The notes below the pieces were generated by a model that was not told the DNA's origin, ran no database searches, and worked only from the letters and a program-made list of their open reading frames with translations. Positions 27,486-38,275 of a DNA stretch of 64,000 nucleotides are shown piece after piece. The DNA is from Bdellovibrionota bacterium (GTDB lineage: Bacteria > Bdellovibrionota_G > JALEGL01 > DATDPG01). The stretch lies in NCBI GenBank assembly GCA_963668355.1, contig OY764265.1, positions 1,536,001-1,600,000 on the forward strand. Reading direction: 5' to 3'. The position numbers were made by a program, and so were the translations under genes. Position 1 is the first letter of the stretch. Each line of letters starts with the position of its first letter.

Positions 27486-28652
27486 ATGAAGAAATGCCTT
27501 TTGTCTTTTTTTGTTTTTGGATTGATTTTTTCTCTGGGGAGTGAGGTTTGGGCTCAATCCACTTTTCCAAGTTTGAGTCCAAGTACAGCTCGAAAAACAC
27601 GTAACTTGGGTATGGGAAATGTGGGTGTGGCCATTCATGGAACGCATGATTCAGCACCCTTTTATAATCCTGCAGGACTGAACGATATTGAAGACGCTCG
27701 TTTTCAGTTTTTCTCCATTACCGGTGGCGTTAGCACAGATTCCTTTGGGTTGGTGGGAGATACGATCGATTTGATCGATGACTTGGACGCCCAAACGACA
27801 GACGCGGGCAAGGTCAGTGTCTTGGACCAATTTATACAAGCCCGAACCGGTGAGTTTCACCATGTCCGTGTTTCTTTGGACTTGTTCAATTACGTTCGAA
27901 AGAATTTCGCCATTGGTCTAACGCTAGATGAACGCTTGGATATGTCCTTTAGAGATCAGTCTGTGCCGCACTTTGATGTCCGAAACTTAGGAGATGCCAT
28001 GGTGTTTTTGGGGGCATCCACATCCTTTTTGGATCGTCTGATTCAGGTAGGTGTGACGCTTCGTCCGGTGGTTCGGTTTGCCATTGATGAAGCCGACCAG
28101 ACGGTCACGTATGCAGATGTTGTGGCGGAAAACGCCGATGGAGATCCGGTCATTAAAGATCAATTCGAAAACATGAAAGAGCGGCGTTTCGGAATGGGCG
28201 TCGACCTAGGATTTAAATCCGATCTCGGTTTCAAAGCCTTCAAAGAAAAAGATTGGTATAAATTCTTAAATCCCGCAATTGGACTGACCTGGCAGGACAT
28301 TGGAAGCCCGAGTTTTGGCGTGGCTCCCGGAAATGAACAATCTGTGAGTTTGGGTTTTGCCGTTCATCCCAATGTCGGAAAGTTCAAGAACACATTTGGT
28401 TTGGATTTTCGAAGTTTAAACCAAGAAAAGGCTTTCCTGTCCAAAATGCACTTGGGTGCCGAAACCGTTTTTGACTGGGTTGTGGATGTGGGTCTTCGTG
28501 TTGGGCTTTCTCAGGGGTACTTTACTGCAGGAACCACCTTCGATTTCAAAGTCGTTCGTTTGGATGCGGCCTATTACAACGAAGAAGTCGGAGCTGTGAC
28601 GAGACAGGGTGCGAACCAACGACTGATCGCAACACTCTCCTTCAATATTTAA
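27486..28652 (+). CDS. Outer-membrane beta-barrel, TraF_2/FadL/PorV-like
   Basis: Signal peptide; RNLGMGNVGVA..FYNPAGL motif; amphipathic strands; ends LSFNI. Confidence 0.8.
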   Translation: MKKCLLSFFVFGLIFSLGSEVWAQSTFPSLSPSTARKTRNLGMGNVGVAIHGTHDSAPFYNPAGLNDIEDARFQFFSITGGVSTDSFGLVGDTIDLIDDLDAQTTDAGKVSVLDQFIQARTGEFHHVRVSLDLFNYVRKNFAIGLTLDERLDMSFRDQSVPHFDVRNLGDAMVFLGASTSFLDRLIQVGVTLRPVVRFAIDEADQTVTYADVVAENADGDPVIKDQFENMKERRFGMGVDLGFKSDLGFKAFKEKDWYKFLNPAIGLTWQDIGSPSFGVAPGNEQSVSLGFAVHPNVGKFKNTFGLDFRSLNQEKAFLSKMHLGAETVFDWVVDVGLRVGLSQGYFTAGTTFDFKVVRLDAAYYNEEVGAVTRQGANQRLIATLSFNI

Positions 28653-28661
28653 GGTCTTTAT

Positions 28662-30488
28662 TTAGGATCGAAGATTGGGTCCGGCGATTCGGATTCGATC
28701 GGGTTTGCAGAGCGTGATTCTCTGGCGATCGAAATGTTCTAACAAGGGCACGGCGTATTTGCGCGAAAGTTTTGTCAGCTCTTTCCACTCGCCCATGGTT
28801 AGTTCGGCTTGGCCCTGAAAGTGTTTTTGAAGGGAACGCTTCACTTTCATGAGCGAAGCCGAATGACAGTAAAGTTTGTGGGACAATCGAGAAACCACTC
28901 CCTCTCGTTCCAAATCTTGGAGCAGTTTGCTCAACTCTTTTGTCTCAACATTCAACTCTTGAGCGAGAATGTTCAGGGTGGGTGGCGTCAATCCGTAGGT
29001 TTCAAGATGCTTCACCACGGGGTGTTGGGTGTTTTGGCCTTGGTTGGGAAGCCTAATCTCTCCATTGTGGATCTCACAGCTCTGCGCATTTCTTAAGTGT
29101 TCCAACACGCGATTTCGAAGGTGGAGATTCTTCAGGGCGGGGGATACTTTTTCAACATGCGAAAAAGGGAGAACCCCTTCTTTTTTTAACTCTGCGAGAA
29201 GTTTCTCAGAAATTCGCAGGAATACGCTTTGATGCACAATCTGTTTTTCATCCAGCCAAACGATGTTCTTTGGTCCCGACTCAATGGATAGTGTGTTTTT
29301 TTGAGCACCCAACCGCATACCTATTTCGGGAATGGAATAGACCTTCTCTTTGGCTTGAAGCCAGAGGTCGAGTCTTTCCATGGGAGATGACTTGAACACG
29401 ACATCCAGGCGTGCATCTTTGAGCTTTTGATCGGGATGGGGGTCGAGCACATAGCCTCCTCCGAGCGTTTCTGCCGGAGAGGGACGCCGGAGGATGAATT
29501 TTTGTTTTGGGAAAACCGCAATGGGGGATTGAATGCGAAGCTCACCGAGGTCGGAACGTCCCTTTTGAAAAGGAAACCACCTGGCTTCATGAGAAGAGGT
29601 CCCGGTTAAAAGGACAAAGGAGTCTCCTTTCTGAGGCTCAAAACCTTTTTTCCAAGTGGAAACGACATGAATTTTTTCCGTGGTCCGTAGGCTTCCTGGT
29701 CGAGCTAAAAGGGAAGATCGGGAGATCTGGGACTTATTGGCTCCGGAAAGGTTAATGGCCACACGGGATGCGGGCTCAAGTTTCTTAAGGCGCTCATTAA
29801 AAACTTCGATGGAACGCACCGTAAAGATATTGCCACCGGGCCATGTCTCTAATTTTTCTCCTTCCTGAAGAGGCTCTCCAGAGAGAGTCCCCGTAACAAT
29901 TGTGCCAAAGCCCGTTTGAGAAAACACGCGGTCCACGGGGATGGAAAGAGCAGGAGGGGGTTGACGATGATCTACAATCCGTTTTCCGAGTCGTGTCAAC
30001 GCCTCTTGGAGACGGGAAATGCCCGTGAGGCGACTCGAACTGACCGGAAAAATCTCAGCCTTTTTGAGCGTGGTTGGAGCCAACGTTTCTTGAATTTCTC
30101 GAATTCTTTGAGGGATGTCCCCCTTTTCAACCAGGTCGGTTTTGGTAAGGGCGCAGATGGCTTCTGAAATCCCAAGGTAATGAGCAATTTCAATATGCTC
30201 TTGGGTTTGGGGCTGGATGCCCTCGTCGGCTGCCACAACCAGCAACAAGGCATCCACACCATTGACACCTGCCACCATCGTTTGTACGAATTTCTGGTGT
30301 CCGGGAACGTCCACAATCCCTGCCGTGAGATCTGGCCCCAGGGGAAGGGGGGCAAAGCCCAACTCAATGGTTAACCCCCGTTTTTTCTCTTCGGGCAAGC
30401 GATCCGTATCTACACTCGTTAACGCCTTGACGAGCGCCGTTTTTCCGTGGTCGACGTGACCAGCCGTTCCTAAGACGAACCTTCGCAC
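28662..30488 (-). CDS. selB: Selenocysteine-specific elongation factor
   Basis: TAGHVDHGKT, RGLTIELGF, DVPGH, C-terminal SRKYAVPLLEHFD; GTG 30488 after AAGGA. Confidence 0.95.
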   Translation of the reverse strand: MRRFVLGTAGHVDHGKTALVKALTSVDTDRLPEEKKRGLTIELGFAPLPLGPDLTAGIVDVPGHQKFVQTMVAGVNGVDALLLVVAADEGIQPQTQEHIEIAHYLGISEAICALTKTDLVEKGDIPQRIREIQETLAPTTLKKAEIFPVSSSRLTGISRLQEALTRLGKRIVDHRQPPPALSIPVDRVFSQTGFGTIVTGTLSGEPLQEGEKLETWPGGNIFTVRSIEVFNERLKKLEPASRVAINLSGANKSQISRSSLLARPGSLRTTEKIHVVSTWKKGFEPQKGDSFVLLTGTSSHEARWFPFQKGRSDLGELRIQSPIAVFPKQKFILRRPSPAETLGGGYVLDPHPDQKLKDARLDVVFKSSPMERLDLWLQAKEKVYSIPEIGMRLGAQKNTLSIESGPKNIVWLDEKQIVHQSVFLRISEKLLAELKKEGVLPFSHVEKVSPALKNLHLRNRVLEHLRNAQSCEIHNGEIRLPNQGQNTQHPVVKHLETYGLTPPTLNILAQELNVETKELSKLLQDLEREGVVSRLSHKLYCHSASLMKVKRSLQKHFQGQAELTMGEWKELTKLSRKYAVPLLEHFDRQRITLCKPDRIRIAGPNLRS

Positions 30489-30557
30489 ATTGTCCTTATT
30501 CGCTAAAAATTCATCTCTTGTAAAGGAGGGCGAGTATTTATATGTTCTGCCCCGTTT

Positions 30558-31991
30558 ATGACACAAGACGCAAAAACAGATGTAGTGGTGAGTCGATATG
30601 CTAGTCCCGAAATGGCGGAGACCTTTTCGGCTGAACGTCGGATTCGATTGTGGCGGGATCTTTGGGTGGCTTTAGCTGAAGCCGAGAGAGAGCTGGGATT
30701 GCCCATCAAAAAAGAGCAGATCGATGAGTTGAAAAAGTTTCAAGACAAAATCAACTGGGATGTGGCTCAAAAACGGGAAAAAGAAATTCGACACGAGATC
30801 ATGGCACATGTTCATGCCTATGGGGCGCAGTGTAAAAAAGCCGCCGGCATCATTCATCTCGGAGCGACTAGTGCGTATGTAACGGATAACTCTGACCTCA
30901 TTATGATGAGAGACGGAATGAAGTTAATCGCGGGAAAGCTTGCGGCAGCGATTGATCGTCTCGGAGCTTTTGCGGCAAAAGAGAAAGATACGGCGACCGT
31001 CGCGTTCACACACTTTCAACCCGCGCAGCCGACGACCGTTGGAAAGCGCGCTTGTCTCTGGATTCAAGACTTCATCATGGACTTGGAACGCTTGGAATAT
31101 GAACTCAAAGATTTGCGTTTGTTGGGAGTCAAAGGAGCCACCGGGACACAGGATAGTTTTTTGAAACTTTTTGAAGGCGATAAGAAGAAGGTCCGTGATC
31201 TGGATAAAATGGTTGTGAAAAGCATGGGATTTGCAAAATCTTATGCCGTTTCAGGACAAACGTATCCACGTAAGGTTGATACGCGGGTGGTTACGATGTT
31301 GGCCGCCATCGCCGAATCTGCCTCCAAATTTGCTACGGACATTCGCTTGTTGCAGGCCATGCATGAAATCGAAGAGCCCCAGGAGGAATCTCAAATTGGT
31401 TCATCGGCCATGCCCTACAAACAGAATCCCATGCGTGCGGAGCGAACCTGCGCACTTTCCCGATATGTGATGAATCTTGTGGGCAACGTGTATGGGACGG
31501 CATCCACACAATGGTTTGAGAGAACGTTGGATGATTCTGCGAACCGTCGATTGGTCATTCCTCAGGCCTTTTTGGTATGTGATGGCGTTTTAAATCTCGT
31601 GATCAATATTGCCACGGGAATGCGCGTACGGGATGCTGTGATTGCGCAGAACTTGGACCGAGAGCTTCCCTTTCTCCAAACCGAAGAGGTGTTGATGCAT
31701 GCGGTTCGTGCAGGTGGAGACCGACAAGCATTGCATGAGAAAATCCGTGTTCATGCCGGAGCGGTTGTGAAAGAGGTTCGTGAAAAAGGAGCCTCCAATG
31801 ACTTGCTGGCCCGCCTAAGAAGGGACTCTTCTTTTTCCGCAGTTCCCCCCAAAGTCATTATCAAGGGAAATGTCAGCCGCTTTGTCGGTTTGGCCAGTCA
31901 ACAGACGGGTCGGTTCCTACGGGATTGTGTCGAGCCCGTTCGGAAAAGATACAAAACTGCGATGCGAACCCGACCCGAAGTCAGAGTCTGA
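30558..31991 (+). CDS. purB: Adenylosuccinate lyase
   Basis: SRYASPEM, IIHLGATS, THFQPAQ, SSAMPYKQNP. Confidence 0.96.
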   Translation: MTQDAKTDVVVSRYASPEMAETFSAERRIRLWRDLWVALAEAERELGLPIKKEQIDELKKFQDKINWDVAQKREKEIRHEIMAHVHAYGAQCKKAAGIIHLGATSAYVTDNSDLIMMRDGMKLIAGKLAAAIDRLGAFAAKEKDTATVAFTHFQPAQPTTVGKRACLWIQDFIMDLERLEYELKDLRLLGVKGATGTQDSFLKLFEGDKKKVRDLDKMVVKSMGFAKSYAVSGQTYPRKVDTRVVTMLAAIAESASKFATDIRLLQAMHEIEEPQEESQIGSSAMPYKQNPMRAERTCALSRYVMNLVGNVYGTASTQWFERTLDDSANRRLVIPQAFLVCDGVLNLVINIATGMRVRDAVIAQNLDRELPFLQTEEVLMHAVRAGGDRQALHEKIRVHAGAVVKEVREKGASNDLLARLRRDSSFSAVPPKVIIKGNVSRFVGLASQQTGRFLRDCVEPVRKRYKTAMRTRPEVRV

Positions 31992-32022
31992 AGAAGGCCA
32001 CGCGGGCTCGATCTTCAAGACT

Positions 32023-33938
<1,916 letters not shown>

Positions 33939-33998
33939 TGGCCAGCAATGTAACAAAAACATGGCCGTTCACGAAGCAAACGTTTTGTTTTGAGAGCC

Positions 33999-34026
33999 TT
34001 GAAAAGAAAGGGATTGCGGCTAGTAT
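33999..34026 (+). promoter_or_regulatory. sigma70 promoter TTGAAA-16-TAGTAT
   Basis: ATG 34034 lies 7 nt after the -10. Confidence 0.6.
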
Positions 34027-34033
34027 GCGGCTC

Positions 34034-34810
34034 ATGATGGAACTGAAAGACAAAGTGGCGGTAATTACAGGGGCTTCGAGTGGCTTCGGAGAGTCCATAG
34101 CTTGGAACCTTGCGGAAGCTGGCATGAAACTCGCTCTTGGTGCGCGAAGGGTCGATCGTTTGGAGAACATGGCTACGAAGCTTAATGGTCACGGGGCCAG
34201 CCAAGTATGGTTTCAAAAACTCGATGTTTGTGATGAAAAAAGCTCTCAGGATTTTGCTCAAGGGGCGTTAAAGGAGTTTGGACATGTTGATGCCTTGATC
34301 AATAACGCTGGATTGGCCTTGGGGAAAGATGAGGTCTCGGAGGCGGAATTGGCGGATTGGGAAAAAATGATGGATACCAATTTTTTGGGCATTTTTCGGG
34401 TGACCCAACCCATTCTCAAGTCCATGAAAGAAAGGAATGCCGGTCACATTCTTCAGATTGGATCCATTGCGGGACATGATCCCTACGAGGGCGGTGGAGC
34501 TTATTGTGCCAGTAAGTTTGCCGTAAAAGCTTTTACACGGGTTTTGAGGCGCGAGCTGGTGGGGTCGAATCTTCGAGTTACCACGATTGATCCCGGACTG
34601 GCTGAAACAGAATACTCCATCGTGCGTTTTAAAGGGGATCAAGCCAAGGCCGATGCAACTTATAATGGGATTCGTCCATTGCAAGCGACCGACGTGGCGG
34701 AGGCGGTTCGTTTTGCCCTCAGCCGTCCCTTGCATGTAAACATTGATGAAATGGTTTTGACCTGCATCGATCAAGCGGGTGCGACCAAAGTCGTTCGACA
34801 ATCAAACTAA
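34034..34810 (+). CDS. SDR oxidoreductase, YdfG-like
   Basis: TGASSGFG, NNAG, YCASK, PGLAETEYS. Confidence 0.92.
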   Translation: MMELKDKVAVITGASSGFGESIAWNLAEAGMKLALGARRVDRLENMATKLNGHGASQVWFQKLDVCDEKSSQDFAQGALKEFGHVDALINNAGLALGKDEVSEAELADWEKMMDTNFLGIFRVTQPILKSMKERNAGHILQIGSIAGHDPYEGGGAYCASKFAVKAFTRVLRRELVGSNLRVTTIDPGLAETEYSIVRFKGDQAKADATYNGIRPLQATDVAEAVRFALSRPLHVNIDEMVLTCIDQAGATKVVRQSN

Positions 34811-34813
34811 ATT

Positions 34814-35647
34814 TTATCTGAATTCCAGAGTTTGGTTGAGTTGTGTGATTTCTAGGATGCTCAACGTTTCAGGTCGGCGTCCGGGATCCAGGCCCGCTCG
34901 GTCGAGTCCTTCATCCACATTCCATTGTTCTTGTTTGGCATCGCGAAGGCTGTTTCGAATGGTTTTTCGTCGATGCTGAAATAGAAAAGCCACCAATTTT
35001 AGAAAATTTTCCAAATGTGATTCTTCGACCAAGGGCTGTGTTCGTGGAGTGAGGCGCAAAAGGGCGGAGTCGACATCCGGTTTGGGGTAAAAACTCCCCG
35101 GAGAAATTTTGGGCCCTTTTTCAACCTCGCATAAGGTTTGGATCCAAATGCTCAGACGGCCGTAGTCAGACTCTCCCGTTTGAGCAGAAACGCGATCGGC
35201 CACTTCTCTTTGAACCAGCAGCGACATGGAGGAAATTCGTTTTCTTCCTTCCAGCAGTTTTTCCAAGAGAGGTGTTGAGACGGAATAGGGAAGATTGGAC
35301 ACGACGCGAATTTTTTCTTGGTTGGGTATCGAGATTTCTTCCCAATTGAGTTTGAGTGCATCCAAGTGGAACAAGTGTTTCCAAGGTGGATTTTGGGGCC
35401 ATCGGTCCCTCAATAATTTTACGAGGCCCTTGTCTTTTTCAATGGCAATGACGTTGGCGTGTTTTCGGGCCAAGGCTTCTGTGAGCGCTCCTAGGCCGGG
35501 TCCAATCTCTAGGACCCACTCATCCGTTTGGACATTGGACCATTTTGCGATTTTATCGGCGCTGTCTGCGTGTACGAGAAAATTTTGTCCCAAAGATTTT
35601 TGAGGCCGCAACCCATATTCACGCAAAAGTTTTTGAGGAGAACTCAT
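34814..35647 (-). CDS. rsmA: 16S rRNA m6,2A dimethyltransferase
   Basis: LGQNFL, LEIGPGLG, SNLPY, PDVDS. Confidence 0.96.
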   Translation of the reverse strand: MSSPQKLLREYGLRPQKSLGQNFLVHADSADKIAKWSNVQTDEWVLEIGPGLGALTEALARKHANVIAIEKDKGLVKLLRDRWPQNPPWKHLFHLDALKLNWEEISIPNQEKIRVVSNLPYSVSTPLLEKLLEGRKRISSMSLLVQREVADRVSAQTGESDYGRLSIWIQTLCEVEKGPKISPGSFYPKPDVDSALLRLTPRTQPLVEESHLENFLKLVAFLFQHRRKTIRNSLRDAKQEQWNVDEGLDRAGLDPGRRPETLSILEITQLNQTLEFR

Positions 35648-36645
35648 TTGGAAAAGAGAGGAAACGTTGCGACCGCATTGAGGTTGATGTCATCTTTCTC
35701 GCCTTGGGCTAACCGGGCGGTTCCGGCTGCAGCGATCATGGCTGCATTGTCTGTGCATAAGGAAAGAGGAGGAATGAACAGTTGGTAGCCACGTTTTGTG
35801 CCTTCTTCATGCATCCGTTCTCGGAAACGCGAATTCTTTGCGACGCCTCCACAAATTGCCACCTCTTGCACGCCCTCCCTTTCGGCAGCGGCAAATAACT
35901 TTGTGATCAAAACATCGACGATGGCTTCTTGGTAACTTGCAGATACATCGGCCAAGACTTGTCCTTGAGGCATTCCGTTTTTTTGAATCCACTGGGCCAG
36001 CGAGGTCTTGAGCCCGCTGAAACTGAATCCTTCTTGATTTAAAGCTGGGCGAGGAAATGCGTAGGCATCCCGATGGCCGGTTTGAGCTTTTTCGTCGATG
36101 GCTTGGCCTCCTGGAAATCCGAGTCCCAAGAGTTTCGCTCCTTTGTCGAACGCTTCCCCGGAGGCATCGTCGCGGGTTTGTTCGAGGAGTTGGTAAGTTT
36201 TTGAATCTTTAAGGGAAAAAAGGCTGGTGTGGCCTCCGGATGCAACCAGTCCCACCAATGGAAAGGAGGGCGGCTGCTCATCGAGTAAGGCAGCGGTTAG
36301 GTGTCCTTCAATGTGGTGAACCCCTACCAAGGGAATTCCTTTGGCGTAGCTGATGGCTTTTGCGGCAGAAAGCCCCACGAGGAGGGAGCCAATCAAGCCA
36401 GGACCTTGAGTGGCTGCGATGCCGTCAATTTCCTCCAGTGAAACGTGTGCCTTTTCCAACGCCCGTTCAATGACGTCCAAGACGGCCGTGATATGTCTTC
36501 GAGAGGCCAATTCGGGGACAACACCACCATAGGGGGTATGAACCTCATCTTGTGATATGACCTCATTGGAAAGGATCTCGCGACCATTCTTTACGACCGC
36601 CGCGGCCGTTTCATCGCAAGAACTTTCAATGCCCAAAACAATCAT
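35644..36645 (-). CDS. tsaD: tRNA t6A synthase subunit TsaD
   Basis: LGIESSCDET, HHIEGH, SGGHT, GEAFDK, TDNAAMIA. Confidence 0.97.
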   Translation of the reverse strand: MIVLGIESSCDETAAAVVKNGREILSNEVISQDEVHTPYGGVVPELASRRHITAVLDVIERALEKAHVSLEEIDGIAATQGPGLIGSLLVGLSAAKAISYAKGIPLVGVHHIEGHLTAALLDEQPPSFPLVGLVASGGHTSLFSLKDSKTYQLLEQTRDDASGEAFDKGAKLLGLGFPGGQAIDEKAQTGHRDAYAFPRPALNQEGFSFSGLKTSLAQWIQKNGMPQGQVLADVSASYQEAIVDVLITKLFAAAEREGVQEVAICGGVAKNSRFRERMHEEGTKRGYQLFIPPLSLCTDNAAMIAAAGTARLAQGEKDDINLNAVATFPLFSK

Positions 36646-36714
36646 TAAGCCGCATTTACTGAAAATACCCTCTAAAAACAAGGGGAGAGGCAAAAGTGAT
36701 GAACGAGGACTCTT

Positions 36715-37545
36715 TTAAAGAGCCGTGAGCTTTTTTTGAGCTTTGGATGCTTCCCGTGTGTTTGGGCATTTCTTGGTAACTTCAACGAGAAAAATGCGGG
36801 CTTTATCTTTCTCATCCCGAGCTAAGAAGGCATACCCTTGTTTTAAACGAGCGGCGCAGACCTTTTCACTCTTTGGATACGAATCGATGACCTTTTGAAA
36901 TTCTTTGATGGATTTTGCGAAATCTTCTTTTGCAAAATAGCTCTCGCCTTTCCAATACTGTGCATTTGCAGCCAAAGAGCTTTTGGGGTGCTCTTTTAAA
37001 AATTGGTCAAATTGAATGATGGCTTGGTCATAATCTTTTTGATCGCGAATCAATCGAAGAATTTGATTGTATCGAGTGATGTCATCTACGGTAACGCTTG
37101 AACGTTCTTTCGGGCTAGCCCCGGAAAGTTCAGCGTGCTTTTGGGTAGGGGAAGAAGAGCCTTTTTCCAACTCAGAAATTCGAAGATCCACGTCCTCTTT
37201 AAATCTTCGGGTCTCTTCTCGTTGAGTTTCGATTTCATGGCGCAGGACATCGATTTGCCCTTTTAGGGTTCGGATTTCCTGGCGAATGTCTTCTATATAA
37301 ACGGCATGATCGGCGCGAAATTGCCGGTTGGATTTCTCCGTGTCCTCAATTTTACCTTCCCAACGGTCCACAATTTGCTCCAAGCGGGAAAGCCGAGTGT
37401 TGAGGTAGTCAATTTGACTGGGAGGTTTTTTTCCTTTTTCGGGGCCTTGGAGAGGCATCGATTGGCAGGCTGAAAGGGCCAGCACCAGAAAAAGGAAAAA
37501 AGGGTGAAGCGGACTTCGCTTCACCCTTTTGACTAAGTTTGTCAC
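36715..37545 (-). CDS. cpoB: Tol-Pal associated protein CpoB/YbgF (lipoprotein-type)
   Basis: LSAC lipobox, coiled coil, TPR NAQYWKGESY; directly downstream of pal. Confidence 0.85.
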   Translation of the reverse strand: MTNLVKRVKRSPLHPFFLFLVLALSACQSMPLQGPEKGKKPPSQIDYLNTRLSRLEQIVDRWEGKIEDTEKSNRQFRADHAVYIEDIRQEIRTLKGQIDVLRHEIETQREETRRFKEDVDLRISELEKGSSSPTQKHAELSGASPKERSSVTVDDITRYNQILRLIRDQKDYDQAIIQFDQFLKEHPKSSLAANAQYWKGESYFAKEDFAKSIKEFQKVIDSYPKSEKVCAARLKQGYAFLARDEKDKARIFLVEVTKKCPNTREASKAQKKLTAL

Positions 37546-37557
37546 AAAAAACGTAAC

Positions 37558-38085
37558 TTACTGATTAGCAACCAAAGCAGCCCGGCGGTTGGTGGCCCAA
37601 GCGCTTTCGTTACTGCCCATGTCCAAAGGCCGTTCTTCACCATAGCTAATGGTGCTGAGTTGGTTTCGATCCACACCCATGCGCACCAAATAACTGTAGA
37701 CGGCATCCGCACGTTTTTCACCTAAGGCAAGGTTGTATTCATTGCTTCCTCGCTCATCGCAATGGCCTTCAATTGTTACACGAAGATCGGTTTTCTTCAT
37801 CAAGGCTTCAGCAGCCGCCTGAAGTTTTTCCATGTCTTCGGAGCGAATGGTGGCTCGGTCAAAATCAAAATGAACAACGGGAAGAGAAAGCATGTCATCC
37901 ATGCCTGACATATCGGTCTCTTCAACCATGGTTTCTTCGGTCTCTTCCATGACACCCTCGTCCATCGGTGTTGATTCTTCGATGGCCGAAGAAGCCGTTT
38001 CAGGCTCAGATTTGGAGGCGCATCCGGCAAAAACCCAAGCACCAACCAATAGAAGTGAAAGCGTAATCCTTAAACTGCGACCCAT
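37558..38085 (-). CDS. pal: Peptidoglycan-associated lipoprotein
   Basis: FAGC lipobox; FDFD, IEGHCDERGSNEYN, SYGEERP, NRRA. Confidence 0.95.
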   Translation of the reverse strand: MGRSLRITLSLLLVGAWVFAGCASKSEPETASSAIEESTPMDEGVMEETEETMVEETDMSGMDDMLSLPVVHFDFDRATIRSEDMEKLQAAAEALMKKTDLRVTIEGHCDERGSNEYNLALGEKRADAVYSYLVRMGVDRNQLSTISYGEERPLDMGSNESAWATNRRAALVANQ

Positions 38086-38180
38086 GAAGTCCTCCTCAAT
38101 AAAGGGAATAAATACGATAAGGTTTTAAAATTACTAGGGAAAATATGGAAGTCATTTTCCTTTGTCAACCCATTTTTCCC

Positions 38181-38210
38181 TTGCACTTGTCCCCCGTACC
38201 TGGCTATATT
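38181..38210 (+). promoter_or_regulatory. sigma70 promoter of the nusA operon (TTGCAC-18-TATATT)
   Basis: Motif match just upstream of the leader hairpin. Confidence 0.6.
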
Positions 38211-38217
38211 GCGCCCG

Positions 38218-38246
38218 AAAGTGGGCCCAAAGCCCGCTTTTTTATT
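38218..38246 (+). terminator. Leader attenuator hairpin, rimP-leader-like
   Basis: AAAGTGGGC-ccaaa-GCCCGCTTT followed by TTTATT, upstream of nusA. Confidence 0.75.
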
Positions 38247-38275
38247 TGTTATGGCTTACGGACGGGAATGGCGAA

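Noticed and set aside
27486..28652. TraF-like gene as evidence of a conjugative element
   Set aside because: No other tra, relaxase or integrase genes, no att repeats; flanked by core genes
36715..38085. pal-cpoB without adjacent tolQRAB
   Set aside because: Split tol-pal loci are common; cannot be judged from one window
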